A stretch of 62,541 nucleotides of DNA, the filler included, from Sanchytrium tribonematis (taxonomy: Eukaryota): the NCBI GenBank assembly GCA_018985235.1. It is 13 parts of 13 records of this genome, joined end to end, with 100 filler letters (N's around TTAATTAATTAA, not from the genome) between each part and the next. Parts side by side here need not be neighbours in the genome. Positions count along the whole stretch, not along the records: positions 6,863 to 10,183 come from JADGIG010000882.1; positions 10,284 to 13,602 come from JADGIG010000883.1; positions 13,703 to 17,015 come from JADGIG010000884.1; positions 17,116 to 20,422 come from JADGIG010000885.1; positions 20,523 to 23,823 come from JADGIG010000886.1; 8 more parts are not named here. One strand, 5' to 3'. The notes below the pieces were generated by a model, which worked only from the letters and a program-made list of their open reading frames with translations, searched no databases and was not told the origin of the DNA. Positions 9,985 through 20,769 of the stretch are shown here, piece by piece; the stretch's first letter is position 1, and every line of letters starts with the position of its first letter. A program made the position numbers and the translations under genes.

Positions 9985-10288
9985 GTTATTTTTAATCTCG
10001 TTCCATTCAAATACATTTTAAAGTAACACGAAAGAATACAAAGGGTGCAATACTCTGTGATCAATTACACAATATACGCAAAGGTGTACATGTGAAATTG
10101 TAAATTGTATTCACTTAATAACATTGTATTTTATTTTATGGCGTCTGATTTGGCTTCCAAAATTCTTTCAAATGATTCAAAACNNNNNNNNNNNNNNNNN
10201 NNNNNNNNNNNNNNNNNNNNNNNNNNNTTAATTAATTAANNNNNNNNNNNNNNNNNNNNNNNNNNNNNNNNNNNNNNNNNNNNCCTCA

Positions 10289-12496
10289 ATGTTGGAGGCT
10301 TATAATATTTTATTAACGCAACTAGACAAATTGCAGCATTTTATTCAACTAAATCAAACTGGTTTCAGCAAAATTTTGAAAAAATGGGACAAAAGAAGCA
10401 AATCAAATGTGAAAGAAATTTATTTGTCAAGGCAGATCGATCAGCAGCCGTGTTTCGACAATCAACTTGACCATATCGCCCATTTAATTCATAAAGAGGT
10501 CCTTCGGATACAATCGCTCCCAAAAGATGATGAATCTGAGTATTCGAATATAGAAGTCTCTATTTTATCAACCATTAAAGATCTCCTCTCTACAGATCAA
10601 CTGGAATCATTCCTTTCAACTTGTTCTGATGAAGTCATTTCTCATATTGTTTTACAATTTATTAAGGATATCTCACTAAAAGTATTTATTTCTTGCAAAT
10701 CCAGAATCAATATGCAGATGTGTGATAATGTCCATGGTCGATCTTTGGTCCATTTAGTTGCAAAACACAATAGACCAGACATTTTAGAATATTTAATTTC
10801 CCAAGAAGCAAATCCGTCTACTAAGGACGTTTATGGAAGAACGGCGCTGCATTACGCTTCTATTGGTGGATTTTCAGATTGTGTTGTAATACTGCTTCAA
10901 CATACTGATGAATTGGTTTTAGACAATGAATTTATAACACCCCTTTGCTATGCTGTGAAAAACAAAAGGAAAGACTTGTTTCACTTATTTAAAAAATGGA
11001 ATATGCCGGATATGTCCTGTACGACACCATTGATGCTGGCTTGTCAAATGGATTCTTTGGAAATTATTAAACTTTGCTTGTCAAAAGCCAATATTCAAAT
11101 GGAATGGAGGGATCAGCACGTACTTCATGTTTGTGCAAGACAAGGGCACGATCATTGTTTAACGGCTCTGCTCCCCTGTGACCAAATTAATGTACTGGAT
11201 GCATTAGGAAACACACCTTTGTTTTACGCAGTTTTACAAGGCCATGAAAAATGTGTCGAGATTTTATTAAAGCAACAAACTGATCATTTAAATGAATTTG
11301 ATGGCTGGCCATTATATACACACGCGCTTTATCGTGGTCACTTGAAAATAGCAAACATGTTGAAACAATTAAATCACCCTGCTCCTCTTCCATCCGAGCC
11401 ATCTGTGGAGAATATTCCGCCTCTACAATTACCAGATACATTGATGCCATTCCGGACATATGGACATGATCATTTGGTCAAAGATACACTCATAGAAATC
11501 AGTTTAATTGATTTAAATTGCAAATTTTCTGACAATATCCAGATTCAACTACACATGGCCGAACAACTACCATTTTTATTGCAGATAGAAGAAGGTCATC
11601 GCAGTATTTATAGAGTGAGAACTAGTCAAGTCAAACCAATACACGTCATTTGCAGAAAACACGACGTCGTAATGGGGCATGGATGGTGTCCAATTCGACA
11701 AGGTAATTTGCAAATAGTTTTACACACGATCAATAATGAAGAAAGCATTGGAGAATTAATTGTTAATCTGAAATACATTACTCCAATTGAATTGCAGACT
11801 GACGCGCTTTATTACTGGAAATCAGCTGAATCATCATCTTTACAGGAAAAATACCAAAATTTTAGAGTCCACATGACTAGAGATTTGATTCCAGTCGTTT
11901 ATGATCAATTACAAGTTCATCTGAATGGTATAGATACTTTTGTAATGGAATTAAGCTTGAACCAATTTCAAGCACTTCAATTAGGAACCACTTTAGAAAA
12001 AGCATTAGAAATCAATAGTCCTATGCACTTAGAACTTTATCTTCCACATTTGGATGATTTGAAAGCTTACCACAAAATTCCAATCGATGTAAACAAATTC
12101 GTAGACACCATTTTAAAATGCATTTATGTCAATCATAGAGAAATTATGTTTAGTAGTTGGAATCCGGATGTCTGTATGGCACTTAATTGGAAGCAACCAA
12201 ATTATCCTGTATTTTATGGGAGTTGTTGTGGTCTAAATAGATGGGAAATGCCAAAATATGGTCACGATTTGAAAGAGATCATACTTGAGAATCGTGATAC
12301 TGTGTGTTTGTCATTAAAAGAAGCCATTTGGTTTTCTGAACATTGCAATTTAATGGGTATCGTCATTCCAGGAAAATTTTGCGAAGGCTTTTTAAAAGAG
12401 CTGATTCAAAATTCTGGTTTAATTGCAGTTTATTACAATGAAAGAGTGGTGGGTGAATATTTTATTGATGGCCCAAATATGAAGCGGATCTACTGA
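10289..12496 (+). CDS. PHO81: SPX-ankyrin-GDPD protein, Pho81/NUC-2 CDK inhibitor type (5' truncated)
   Basis: SPX end LNQTGFSKILKKWDKRSKS..KEIYL; 6-7 ankyrin repeats; YGH motif; degenerate GDPD with FSS.NPDVC.ALNWKQPNYPVF. Confidence 0.85.
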   Translation: MLEAYNILLTQLDKLQHFIQLNQTGFSKILKKWDKRSKSNVKEIYLSRQIDQQPCFDNQLDHIAHLIHKEVLRIQSLPKDDESEYSNIEVSILSTIKDLLSTDQLESFLSTCSDEVISHIVLQFIKDISLKVFISCKSRINMQMCDNVHGRSLVHLVAKHNRPDILEYLISQEANPSTKDVYGRTALHYASIGGFSDCVVILLQHTDELVLDNEFITPLCYAVKNKRKDLFHLFKKWNMPDMSCTTPLMLACQMDSLEIIKLCLSKANIQMEWRDQHVLHVCARQGHDHCLTALLPCDQINVLDALGNTPLFYAVLQGHEKCVEILLKQQTDHLNEFDGWPLYTHALYRGHLKIANMLKQLNHPAPLPSEPSVENIPPLQLPDTLMPFRTYGHDHLVKDTLIEISLIDLNCKFSDNIQIQLHMAEQLPFLLQIEEGHRSIYRVRTSQVKPIHVICRKHDVVMGHGWCPIRQGNLQIVLHTINNEESIGELIVNLKYITPIELQTDALYYWKSAESSSLQEKYQNFRVHMTRDLIPVVYDQLQVHLNGIDTFVMELSLNQFQALQLGTTLEKALEINSPMHLELYLPHLDDLKAYHKIPIDVNKFVDTILKCIYVNHREIMFSSWNPDVCMALNWKQPNYPVFYGSCCGLNRWEMPKYGHDLKEIILENRDTVCLSLKEAIWFSEHCNLMGIVIPGKFCEGFLKELIQNSGLIAVYYNERVVGEYFIDGPNMKRIY

Positions 12497-12514
12497 TTTG
12501 AAGAGTAGCATTTG

Positions 12515-12599
12515 ATTGGATTTTACTAATTCGATTTTTTCCAGCCATTTTTGATTGGACAAACTCGATTGGCCTGCTCAAAATGGGATGTCCTATAAA
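12515..12599 (+). promoter_or_regulatory. Compact promoter: three reverse CCAAT boxes followed by a TATA box
   Basis: ATTGG at 12515, 12554, 12568; TATAAA at 12594, 33 nt before ATG 12627. Confidence 0.5.
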
Positions 12600-12626
12600 T
12601 TGCCAGATGACTTGGAAATGTAAGAA

Positions 12627-13019
12627 ATGTTTATTTTTGCTACTTTGTCATTAGCTGATGTTGTCAGTGACTTTAAAAATGCATGTATAGCCACTTGTGG
12701 TGCTGGTGATTTAACTTGCTTAGCAAATTGTGATAATTATGCAGCAGACAGACAAGCCATAAGCACTAATACTACCAGCATGTTATTCCTTACTGATTGT
12801 CTAAAAAATTGTAAACCACAAGATGAAAATTGTAGAAATACTTGTATTACGATGGACCAAACTTATAGATATCAAAATCTGCCTAATGTGTCTTGGACTA
12901 ATAATCTTCCTAACACGCCTGAAAAGAAATCTAATACAACACATACTGATTCAATTGATAGTGCGCAGACGATTAGCCTAAGTGCCGGATTGATTGCTCT
13001 TTCAATTTTATTTCAATAA
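12627..13019 (+). CDS. Small secreted Cys-rich protein, probably GPI-anchored
   Basis: Short signal; two C-x3-C-x6-C-x3-C modules; Ser/Thr/Asn linker; hydrophobic C-terminus. Confidence 0.72.
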   Translation: MFIFATLSLADVVSDFKNACIATCGAGDLTCLANCDNYAADRQAISTNTTSMLFLTDCLKNCKPQDENCRNTCITMDQTYRYQNLPNVSWTNNLPNTPEKKSNTTHTDSIDSAQTISLSAGLIALSILFQ

Positions 13020-13191
13020 ATACTTACTTTCCCAGTTTAAACAGCCGAATTAAATATGAACAATTAATTTTTTTCAAGAAAGTCTTCATTGGTCAATACA
13101 TTATCCTTTTCGAACATTCTCTTGATTGCTTATAATACGGTCATCTCTTTTTAAATTTGTAATTGCTCACTTTTCCTTAAAACACGTTTCA

Positions 13192-13485
13192 ATGAAAGCA
13201 AAAGATTCTAAAATCGACTTTGAGAGTATCTCAGATGAGCCCACTAAGCTTGTATTGTGTGAAGTATTTGAAAAGCTGATGGATAAGATGCAACTAATAG
13301 AAAAGAAACAAGATGAGCAGATGGAAAAATTGAAAAATATGGAAAAAATACAAGCAAGTTTAAGTGCTCAAGTGAATGCGCTTTTAAGTGACAATAAGAT
13401 TGTTTTAGCATCAATTGAAAGAATTGAAAAACAATTAGGCATCTTATCAGAATCATCAGTCAGACAGTCTTTTGAAAAGAAATAA
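13192..13485 (+). CDS. Small coiled-coil hypothetical protein
   Basis: Heptad-like K/E/Q-rich ORF from ATG 13192. Confidence 0.45.
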   Translation: MKAKDSKIDFESISDEPTKLVLCEVFEKLMDKMQLIEKKQDEQMEKLKNMEKIQASLSAQVNALLSDNKIVLASIERIEKQLGILSESSVRQSFEKK

Positions 13486-13703
13486 GGATTGTCCTTTGCT
13501 AAGTCATTTACATTTCACTCTATAGATGATGTTTTCCAGCACATTACTAATCAGCTCAACAATGATCCCTAGCCTATTCAATTCAAATCGAAAGTATATT
13601 ACNNNNNNNNNNNNNNNNNNNNNNNNNNNNNNNNNNNNNNNNNNNNTTAATTAATTAANNNNNNNNNNNNNNNNNNNNNNNNNNNNNNNNNNNNNNNNNN
13701 NNA

Positions 13704-14066
13704 ATGCAGCAAACTGTCAAAACATCCCTGTTGATTCAGTCCAGATTGACCAGTATTCCATTTAAAATCAATCAAATGCAATTATTCATTCAAAATATGG
13801 ATTATAAATCCATTTTTACCCTCATGATGCAAGATGCCATGAATTTTCATGCGTGTTGCTTGGATTCTTGGCCACCTATCCACTATTTGAATGATTATAG
13901 CTATAAATTAATAGATCTAGTTCATCAATTTAATGAAAATACAGTCAAATGTGGCTATACTTTTGATGCGGGTGCCAATTGCGTCATTTTATTTGAAAAT
14001 GCAGAAACAAGGAATAAATTCAAGAAATTAAATGAATTTGAATACATAGAATGTGAGAGTACTTGA
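13704..14066 (+). CDS. MVD1: Diphosphomevalonate decarboxylase, C-terminal part (5' truncated)
   Basis: MQ.T..TS.L, MQDA.NFHACCLDSWPPI.YLND, YTFDAG.N. Confidence 0.88.
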   Translation: MQQTVKTSLLIQSRLTSIPFKINQMQLFIQNMDYKSIFTLMMQDAMNFHACCLDSWPPIHYLNDYSYKLIDLVHQFNENTVKCGYTFDAGANCVILFENAETRNKFKKLNEFEYIECEST

Positions 14067-14137
14067 AAAACTAGTAAATTAATTTCAATAGCTGCCGCAA
14101 AAATTATTTGAAAAAAGTCTCCCGTTTTTCTCCTCGA

Positions 14138-15810
14138 ATGCATTTGGTATTCCTCTTCTGTCTGGCGGATCAGCTGTTGCCCATTCATCATAGTATTATT
14201 GATAATGATCTTGTTAAATTCAAATTATTAATAACACAAGATAATTTGAATATTGACTTGAAGACAATTCCATTGAAAAGAAATCCATCTAGAGCGGCAA
14301 AAAAGCAACGAATATCAGAGTATAATCAAGCAACGCCACTTCACATTGCTGTAATGCATATAAGAGTAGCAGCCATTTATTACCTACTTCTTAAAGGTGC
14401 ATTATTAGTACAAAATGGAAATAATGAATTTCCTAAAGATCTTATCCCAAAAGATTTAAAGTACGCTTTTTTACGCGAATGGCTAAGCGGATCAATCGAA
14501 TTGAATCAATTACAAGGCAATTTGGCTATAGATTCGCCACTAAAACTATTACATAATCAAAATGGTAACACCAAATATAAAGAAGTTGATTTTTTGTTTA
14601 AAAATGGATACAACCCATTTTCATCAAGAAATTTTGACATTTGGTTAAGCGTGGCTCATTCAGCAGATGAAAATTGGCTTGAAATTTATAGTGAGCATGG
14701 ATTATTAGCAGAATGCATTGGATTCTCATATCATTGTAAGGTAGAGCAATTGGTCAAAAAATATAAGCAGTTGGGACTCAATTTTAACATCAAATATCAA
14801 GATTCTTCGGTTTATCACTTCATTTTACGACAACGTCATAAATCAGCAAATTTATATTTAGATTTAGTATGGGAATATGCAGCGCATGATTTGATGAAAT
14901 TTAATTTTGGATCTAATACTATTTTGCATTTGGCAGCACAGTTATCAGAAGAGAGATTGAATTTGATTTGGTTTCAAAAAATATTAAGAATTTGCCATGA
15001 TTTGGATGCCATAAATGAGGCAGGCGTATCCCCCATTTTTTTATTACTGGTTAGCAAAAGATTTGATGTGATTCATGTTATTATTCAAAATTATTCATTT
15101 AATCCCAATTTGAAATGCGGGGGAGTTGGTTATTTGCAAAAAATGACAACTTTAATGGGTACCTGGAAATTGTTTAAGCAATTTGTTGATCACGTACAGG
15201 GACTAGTTTTAGATACTGCCACTATAAATGAAATAGCAGCCTCTAGTAATTTCCAAATGATTCATTATTTTTTATTAAATTGTCGCAAAAAAAACATGTT
15301 TTGCAAATCAATTTAGAAGAAATAGAGAACAGTATAGCCAAACAATGGCTAATTCAACACAGTGAGCATAAATCACTTGATGTAAATGCTGTAGATTTAA
15401 AAGGAAATAATGTTTTGCATTTTTGTGCTGCAAGAAACTTGGTGGATTGTTTAAATTATTTTGTATCCTGTAAAATAGACTTGCTTAAGCGAAACAACCA
15501 TCGGGTTAGCATTTTAGTTGTAGCAGCAGAACATGTAAGTCGTGATTTTGTGAAACAAATGATAATTTATTTAAAAAATCGATATATTCCAGAGTATTTG
15601 CGAGAATTGGGCAGAGAATGTAATTATGGGCGAGTGCTGGAAATTCAAGGTTTTAGACACTACATATATTTGGCATTATTAGATTTTGAGGCTATTTCGA
15701 GGAAATTGACCATTAATACAAGTGCTGAAAAGAGAGAAATATTATCATTGATAAAATTTGTTGAATCAGAGTTGAGTTTTGCATTTGGCGATTGTGATTT
15801 AAATGAATAA
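14138..15810 (+). CDS. Ankyrin-repeat protein with signal-like N-terminus, frameshifted near 15270-15295
   Basis: TPLHIAV, TILHLAA, G.SPIF, GNNVLHFCA repeats across two overlapping ORFs; T6 and A8 homopolymers at the break. Confidence 0.7.
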
Positions 15811-15852
15811 ATGGCAAAAATGAAATTCATGTTTCATATTGATTTTGTTTAT

Positions 15853-15951
15853 TCAATTTCCATCGTCTATCCACCGTGTTGCTCTTTTAAATATATCCTG
15901 TTCTTTTGATGGTCCAATAACAATGGCAAATATAAAAAGTAAATAGATCAT
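15853..15951 (-). CDS. Putative 32-aa secreted micropeptide
   Basis: MIYLLFIFAIVIGPSKEQDIFKRATRWIDDGN*; stop overlaps AATAAA as in other genes here. Confidence 0.3.
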   Translation of the reverse strand: MIYLLFIFAIVIGPSKEQDIFKRATRWIDDGN

Positions 15952-16257
15952 TTTGGATGTTTGCAGGGGATCTCCTTTCAATATTTTCATGTGAGACCAT
16001 GACCTGTTGCGGGCCTACAACTTGATTTTATTCGCCGAATAGACCGTGTATAGTTTCTGTGAGTAACACGAAACAGACCTGTGATTGACAAGACGTAGAG
16101 ACTTGGTCCAATTGTAATCTTTTTCAAATATTGAATTCTAATGTGTCCCTATATCATCTGGCCCACATCACTTCTTCAGCAAAGGGTATGTCGAGTCTAC
16201 AAAGGCAATGCAGTGCAGCCAATAATGAATTGACTTTGTTTTTTGCATCATCTCCGT

Positions 16258-16497
16258 ATGAAACTTTTGCTCATTCGATTTTTCATGTCTCTTATAATGG
16301 GATATCTTTGTTATACCACTCAAATGGATGGGTATTTAAGCGTTATTCTTTATATTATCACGACTATTCCGGTGATTCACGTAATCGCGAAACCAGATGA
16401 AAGCACGCAATTTATGATATGGGCAGATGGATTATTTCCTGGCATTGCTTTATATACACTCGTATGGATTGGATTGCATCAATATCAATTACAATAA
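16258..16497 (+). CDS. Rab5-interacting protein / EMC6-family small membrane protein
   Basis: R..MSLIMG....Q..GY and IWADGLFPGIALYTLVWI pattern; three hydrophobic segments. Confidence 0.6.
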   Translation: MKLLLIRFFMSLIMGYLCYTTQMDGYLSVILYIITTIPVIHVIAKPDESTQFMIWADGLFPGIALYTLVWIGLHQYQLQ

Positions 16498-16617
16498 ATG
16501 TGGCTTGTTCATTTTTATGAGTTCTACAGAATGAGGGAAAGAAATAGACAGAACAGTTTAAAACCAGTTTAAAGAAGCAAAACTAAATAAAATTCATGAA
16601 TTTACAAGCCATTTTTG

Positions 16618-16809
16618 ATGGAGGTTACGGATTCACTGGTTATTGGGGTGCTTTGTTTATCATTATTGATTATAGCAAGTATTTTTGGGCTCGTTAGCGC
16701 GTATAAAAGATCGCGTGTGACTAAAATTATCACTATAAAACCAGAAATTCAATCATTGCGTCAAAGAAACAGAGGGATAAGTGTACATTCACGCGAATCC
16801 GAGTTTTAA
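16618..16809 (+). CDS. Small single-pass membrane protein
   Basis: One long hydrophobic segment followed by basic residues. Confidence 0.45.
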   Translation: MEVTDSLVIGVLCLSLLIIASIFGLVSAYKRSRVTKIITIKPEIQSLRQRNRGISVHSRESEF

Positions 16810-16818
16810 ATTGAATAA

Positions 16819-17015
16819 ATGTATGTTAAAAGCATTTGTGTGATTTTAGAGCGTATTGGAAAAGTCCCTGAGCATGTTTCTCCGTTTCAAACTCAAATGT
16901 TGAAAAGATTTCAGCACCAGGTTGCCAAATTAACAGCAGACCAGTATCACAGATTAAGTGATCAATATTTAAATCATTTATCAGAGATATTAGAAGAACA
17001 TGGTGAGTCATTAGA
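16819..17015 (+). CDS. Hypothetical protein (3' truncated)
   Basis: ATG-initiated ORF running into the spacer. Confidence 0.35.
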
Positions 17016-17246
17016 NNNNNNNNNNNNNNNNNNNNNNNNNNNNNNNNNNNNNNNNNNNNTTAATTAATTAANNNNNNNNNNNNNNNNNNNNNNNNNNNNN
17101 NNNNNNNNNNNNNNNAAATTGGACCAATGACAGAATTGGTAAACTCTGTAGGCGCGATTTGCAAGCATATCAATTTACCAGTGAGAAACACGCCCCCAAA
17201 ACGACATTTACTTGCCATTCGAATTTGTATTCATTTCATAATTTAT

Positions 17247-17991
17247 TTAAATTCGTTTTCTTTTCTTGGATGGCAATTTAATGTCCTTGATTTCACTATA
17301 TATAAAAAATAAATGATTTAAAAATGAATTAATTAAATGATGATGGCCACATGCTTTCCCTAATTCACTCAAATCTGTTACAAATTGATTCGATTTTAAA
17401 TAAGTGATTTCCAATAATCTTAATGATTCAATTTGACCATGTTGAAATAAATGAATCAATGGTTGAATACCATCCATTTGAATGTCCTTAATGATTTCCA
17501 TGCGATTTGAATCATGATTCCATTTGGTTTTACATTTCTAATGGCACTCACTATAAATGAGACTATTTTCAAGAAATGTTTGTCATCAATTTGTTTTAAT
17601 TCTGAATCAATGGCTTCTATCATTGATAAATGCTCAGTAGATTCTTGATTAATTGCTTGTTTCAAATCTAATAATTGTTTATCCAAGACATACAAGAAAT
17701 AATCTACTATGAAATAATGTAAATCTAATAAATATTGTAATTGTGCATCATATTCTGTATACAATTTAATAATAGATGGGATTGTTGGTGATAAATAAAT
17801 GTGGCAAATCTCATGGCTAATGCATTTTGTTGATAATCTTTGACACATTCATTTAAAATGTAATCTGATGATAATTTGATATGTAAAACAGATAAAATGA
17901 GTGAATTTGGGAACGGATTGGATTGTTTTAATTGATTTAATTGATATTGCCAGTAATCGATGGCCATTAATGGATACAAAAAGGAATACAT
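17247..17991 (-). pseudogene. Frameshifted member of an unknown helical protein family with a C-terminal basic NLS-like tail
   Basis: Three overlapping ORFs collinear with the paralog at 18701..20422 (LQYLLDL/LQFVLDL; FQHGQI/IHHGQL; KKRKRI/KRRRIK). Confidence 0.6.
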
Positions 17992-18137
17992 TTCAAGGTG
18001 ATTTTTTTGGTAATTTTAGTACCAATGAGAGATCATGAGAGATCATAGGAGATGAACGTGTTTTGATTTGATGAAGTGATCTATTTAAAATAAAATGAAA
18101 GGAAAAGTAAGTTTACTTTAAAGCTTTTTGAGAAATT

Positions 18138-18440
18138 TTATTCAATCACTTTTGCATCCTTTAACAAATTTAACAAAGATTGGCTGCCAGTAAATTGTGT
18201 TTCTATTTCCTGACCAGTCTCCAGAACTTTAATTCTCAACTTACTTAGTGGCTTTATAAAGCTGGAAATTGACGGGATGGCCTCATTGATTGGACTATCA
18301 ATTGTCAAATTAGGTGTAGTTGCAATCCATCTCTCATTTTCATCATATTCGATAGTCATTGTTTGCGGATTATTCAATTTGTTTTCATATTTGAGTTCGA
18401 AGATGACCTCTGCAAATAAACTCAACCATAAAAGCAACAT
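18138..18440 (-). CDS. Small secreted hypothetical protein
   Basis: MLLLWLSLFA signal-like start; stop inside AATAAA. Confidence 0.55.
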   Translation of the reverse strand: MLLLWLSLFAEVIFELKYENKLNNPQTMTIEYDENERWIATTPNLTIDSPINEAIPSISSFIKPLSKLRIKVLETGQEIETQFTGSQSLLNLLKDAKVIE

Positions 18441-19184
18441 GCTAGAAGAGAGGGAGTGGGTATTTGTAACTATTTTAAAACGTAGTGTGACTCAAAGGGG
18501 ACTGTTTTCGCCAATCATAATTGTTTGACTATCTAGCGGTGACACAATTGTGGGTACAAAGAGATGGGTCAAATCGATGCCCGTTTTAACAAAATGATTT
18601 CGTAAATGATTTAAATTGTGATTTATTATTGTTGTAAAATCAAATTTATTTGATGAAAGTAAAGCGAATGACAAAATGCATTGTTGTATTCAAAAGTGAT
18701 TTATTTAATTCTTCTTCTTTTATTGGACTCTATTTGTTGAATTTGTCGTATACCCATCTTGATTAAATCACAAAATGATTTCACAATCTCATTTCTATTG
18801 GCATGAATTACAAATTGATCCAAATCCCCACTAAAATCACTCAAGTAATACAATAGATCTATATTAGTTAAAAATGAATGACTAGCATGAATAGCAGTGG
18901 TTAAATAATCCAATTGGCCATGATGAATAAACAAAATAAATTTTGAAAAATGACTCAAATTGACATGATTTGCAAAATAATACCATAAAATGGATAATAT
19001 ACTAGATTTTAATGCATTTATAAAATGATGGATCAAATTGAATTCAGTCACTGTTAAATTAATCTTCTGTAATTGATTTTGTAGTGAATTTAAATAATGA
19101 TTTTGCATCAAATGATTTAAATCTAATACAAATTGCAAATGTGTATTCAATTGCTGATTATGACACCAATTGACTACATTTATA

Positions 19185-20274
19185 CAGTCTGTCCCACCCC
19201 TTTGAAACCGATGACAATTTTGAACAACACTCAAAAAGACAGCATTATAAGACTCAAATCACTTAACAAAACATGGACAGAGATATCCGAACTACTTGAT
19301 TTTAATAAAAGCACGTGTAAATGATTTTATTACAGATATTTGCAAACACTCGGTTTGCCACCCAAAATTATCATAGCAAAAACAAGTATTACAGCCTACG
19401 CAGGTGTTGTTATTAAACAGACATTATTAGATAAACCCAAAACGAGCATCAGAAAGCTTGCTGGCTACTTGAATGAAGAGTATGACGTGCAAATTTCAAA
19501 ATCAACACTTCATCGATTTATGGTAAAAAACGGGTATTTGAACAAGAGATGTAAAAAGAAATTGTATCTTTCTAGTGTTCACAAGTATAAACGATTTCAA
19601 TTTACAATAGAAAATGTCAATAAAGACATGAATTGGTACCGAAATATTTTTTGGACTGATGAATTTACGGTTAAACAGTTTCCAAATCGTAAATTTGAGA
19701 CGTATTGGTCTAGACAGAGTGATACTTTACATAATGAAGTCGTTTCGAGACAAAAACAACAAGGTGGATTTTCTGTCTGTTTTTGGGGAGGATTCTCATT
19801 TTGGGGAAGATCGAGATTGACTGCTTTTGGGGGTACCGTAGATGCCGTGGAATATTGCAATTTATTAAAAAGTGATGTTGTGCCTATTTTTAATGCGTCG
19901 CCTGATGAATTGACCTTCATGCATGATAATGCGCCAATTCACACCTCATTTTTAGTCGAAGAGTTTCTCCAGGAAAAAGGGCTCGAGGTTCTTCAATGGC
20001 CGGTTTATTCACCTGATTTAAACCCCATTGAAAACCTCTGGGCCATAGTAAAGCGAAAATTGTATGAGAAATTTTCTTGTTTTGGAAGTCGAGATGATTT
20101 AGTGGATGCAGTATTTCAAATTTGGAACGAAATTGAAGAATATATATTTCAACAGTTGTCTGAAGGTGTTTGCGAGAGACTGGAAGAAGTAATTAGAAGA
20201 AAAGGAAAGTTTATCAATAAATAGTCCAATATTAACACCTGATTTTGCCGGTTTCAAAGGGGTGGGACAGACTG
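19185..20274 (+). mobile_element. Tc1/mariner DNA transposon, 1,090 bp, perfect 26-bp TIRs, TA target-site duplication
   Basis: TIR CAGTCTGTCCCACCCCTTTGAAACCG at 19185-19210 and its reverse complement at 20249-20274; TA at 19183-84 and 20275-76. Confidence 0.96.
19211..20224 (+). pseudogene. Tc1-family DD34E transposase with in-frame TGA at 19322-19324
   Basis: Two HTH regions; FWTDE, MHDNAPIH, SPDLNPIENLW with 34 residues between D and E. Confidence 0.9.
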
Positions 20275-20524
20275 TATGTGATAATTGATAAGTAGAATAA
20301 TTAATATTCGAATGTTTCTGAAAATGGATGAATTTTGCAGCTTGTTGCACTGCATTAAAATTAATATCTGTGAATGGATCATTAAAGAATACATTGGATA
20401 CTTGTAAATATGGATATATCAANNNNNNNNNNNNNNNNNNNNNNNNNNNNNNNNNNNNNNNNNNNNTTAATTAATTAANNNNNNNNNNNNNNNNNNNNNN
20501 NNNNNNNNNNNNNNNNNNNNNNTG

Positions 20525-20731
20525 ATGATGACACATAACGAGTACATGCAAATCTACAACTGCTCTGCCAAGTATCCATATGAGCTGGGAGTGCCACATG
20601 ACGGCACCAATTCTACTGCAAATGTCACAAATGGCACAAATAGCACAAATGTTGAATCATCTGCAACCACTACCACATTTTCAGTGGTAAATGGGAATAA
20701 TGATCCAGAATTGAAGAGAATCATTCCGTGA
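20525..20731 (+). CDS. C-terminal fragment of an N-glycosylation-site-rich protein (5' truncated)
   Basis: Several NxS/T sequons; begins at contig edge. Confidence 0.35.
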   Translation: MMTHNEYMQIYNCSAKYPYELGVPHDGTNSTANVTNGTNSTNVESSATTTTFSVVNGNNDPELKRIIP

Positions 20732-20733
20732 TA

Positions 20734-20769
20734 ACCCCTTTCATCCCCTTTCATCCCCTTTCTACCCCC
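20734..20769 (+). repeat. Short tandem repeat (CCCCTTTCAT)x about 3
   Basis: acccctttcatcccctttcatcccctttctaccccc. Confidence 0.6.

Larger units (their letters stand above)
18701..20422 (-). pseudogene. Host gene interrupted by the Tc1 element (paralog of 17247..17991; 5' truncated by contig end)
   Basis: Removing 19185..20274 plus one TA restores an open frame ...YQLSH-INVVNW... Confidence 0.75.

Noticed and set aside
15298..15316. 19-nt GTTTTGCAAATCAATTTAG as a fourth intron
   Set aside because: Removal does not reach the downstream ankyrin frame; the 35-nt alternative creates TAA
15990..16240. GC-richer intergenic stretch with a small hairpin (gtttctgtg-agtaa-cacgaaac) as snRNA or ribozyme
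   Set aside because: Only fragmentary resemblance to U2, U5 or hammerhead cores; needs an Infernal/Rfam search
19317..19335. 19-nt GTAAATGATTTTATTACAG in the transposase as an intron
   Set aside because: Flanking ORFs are already in the same frame; excision would frameshift to an early stop
20734..20769. CCCCTTTCAT repeat as telomeric seed or LINE 3' tail (one similar unit at about 24887)
   Set aside because: Only about 3 units, 600 nt from the RT stop, with no target-site duplication identifiable
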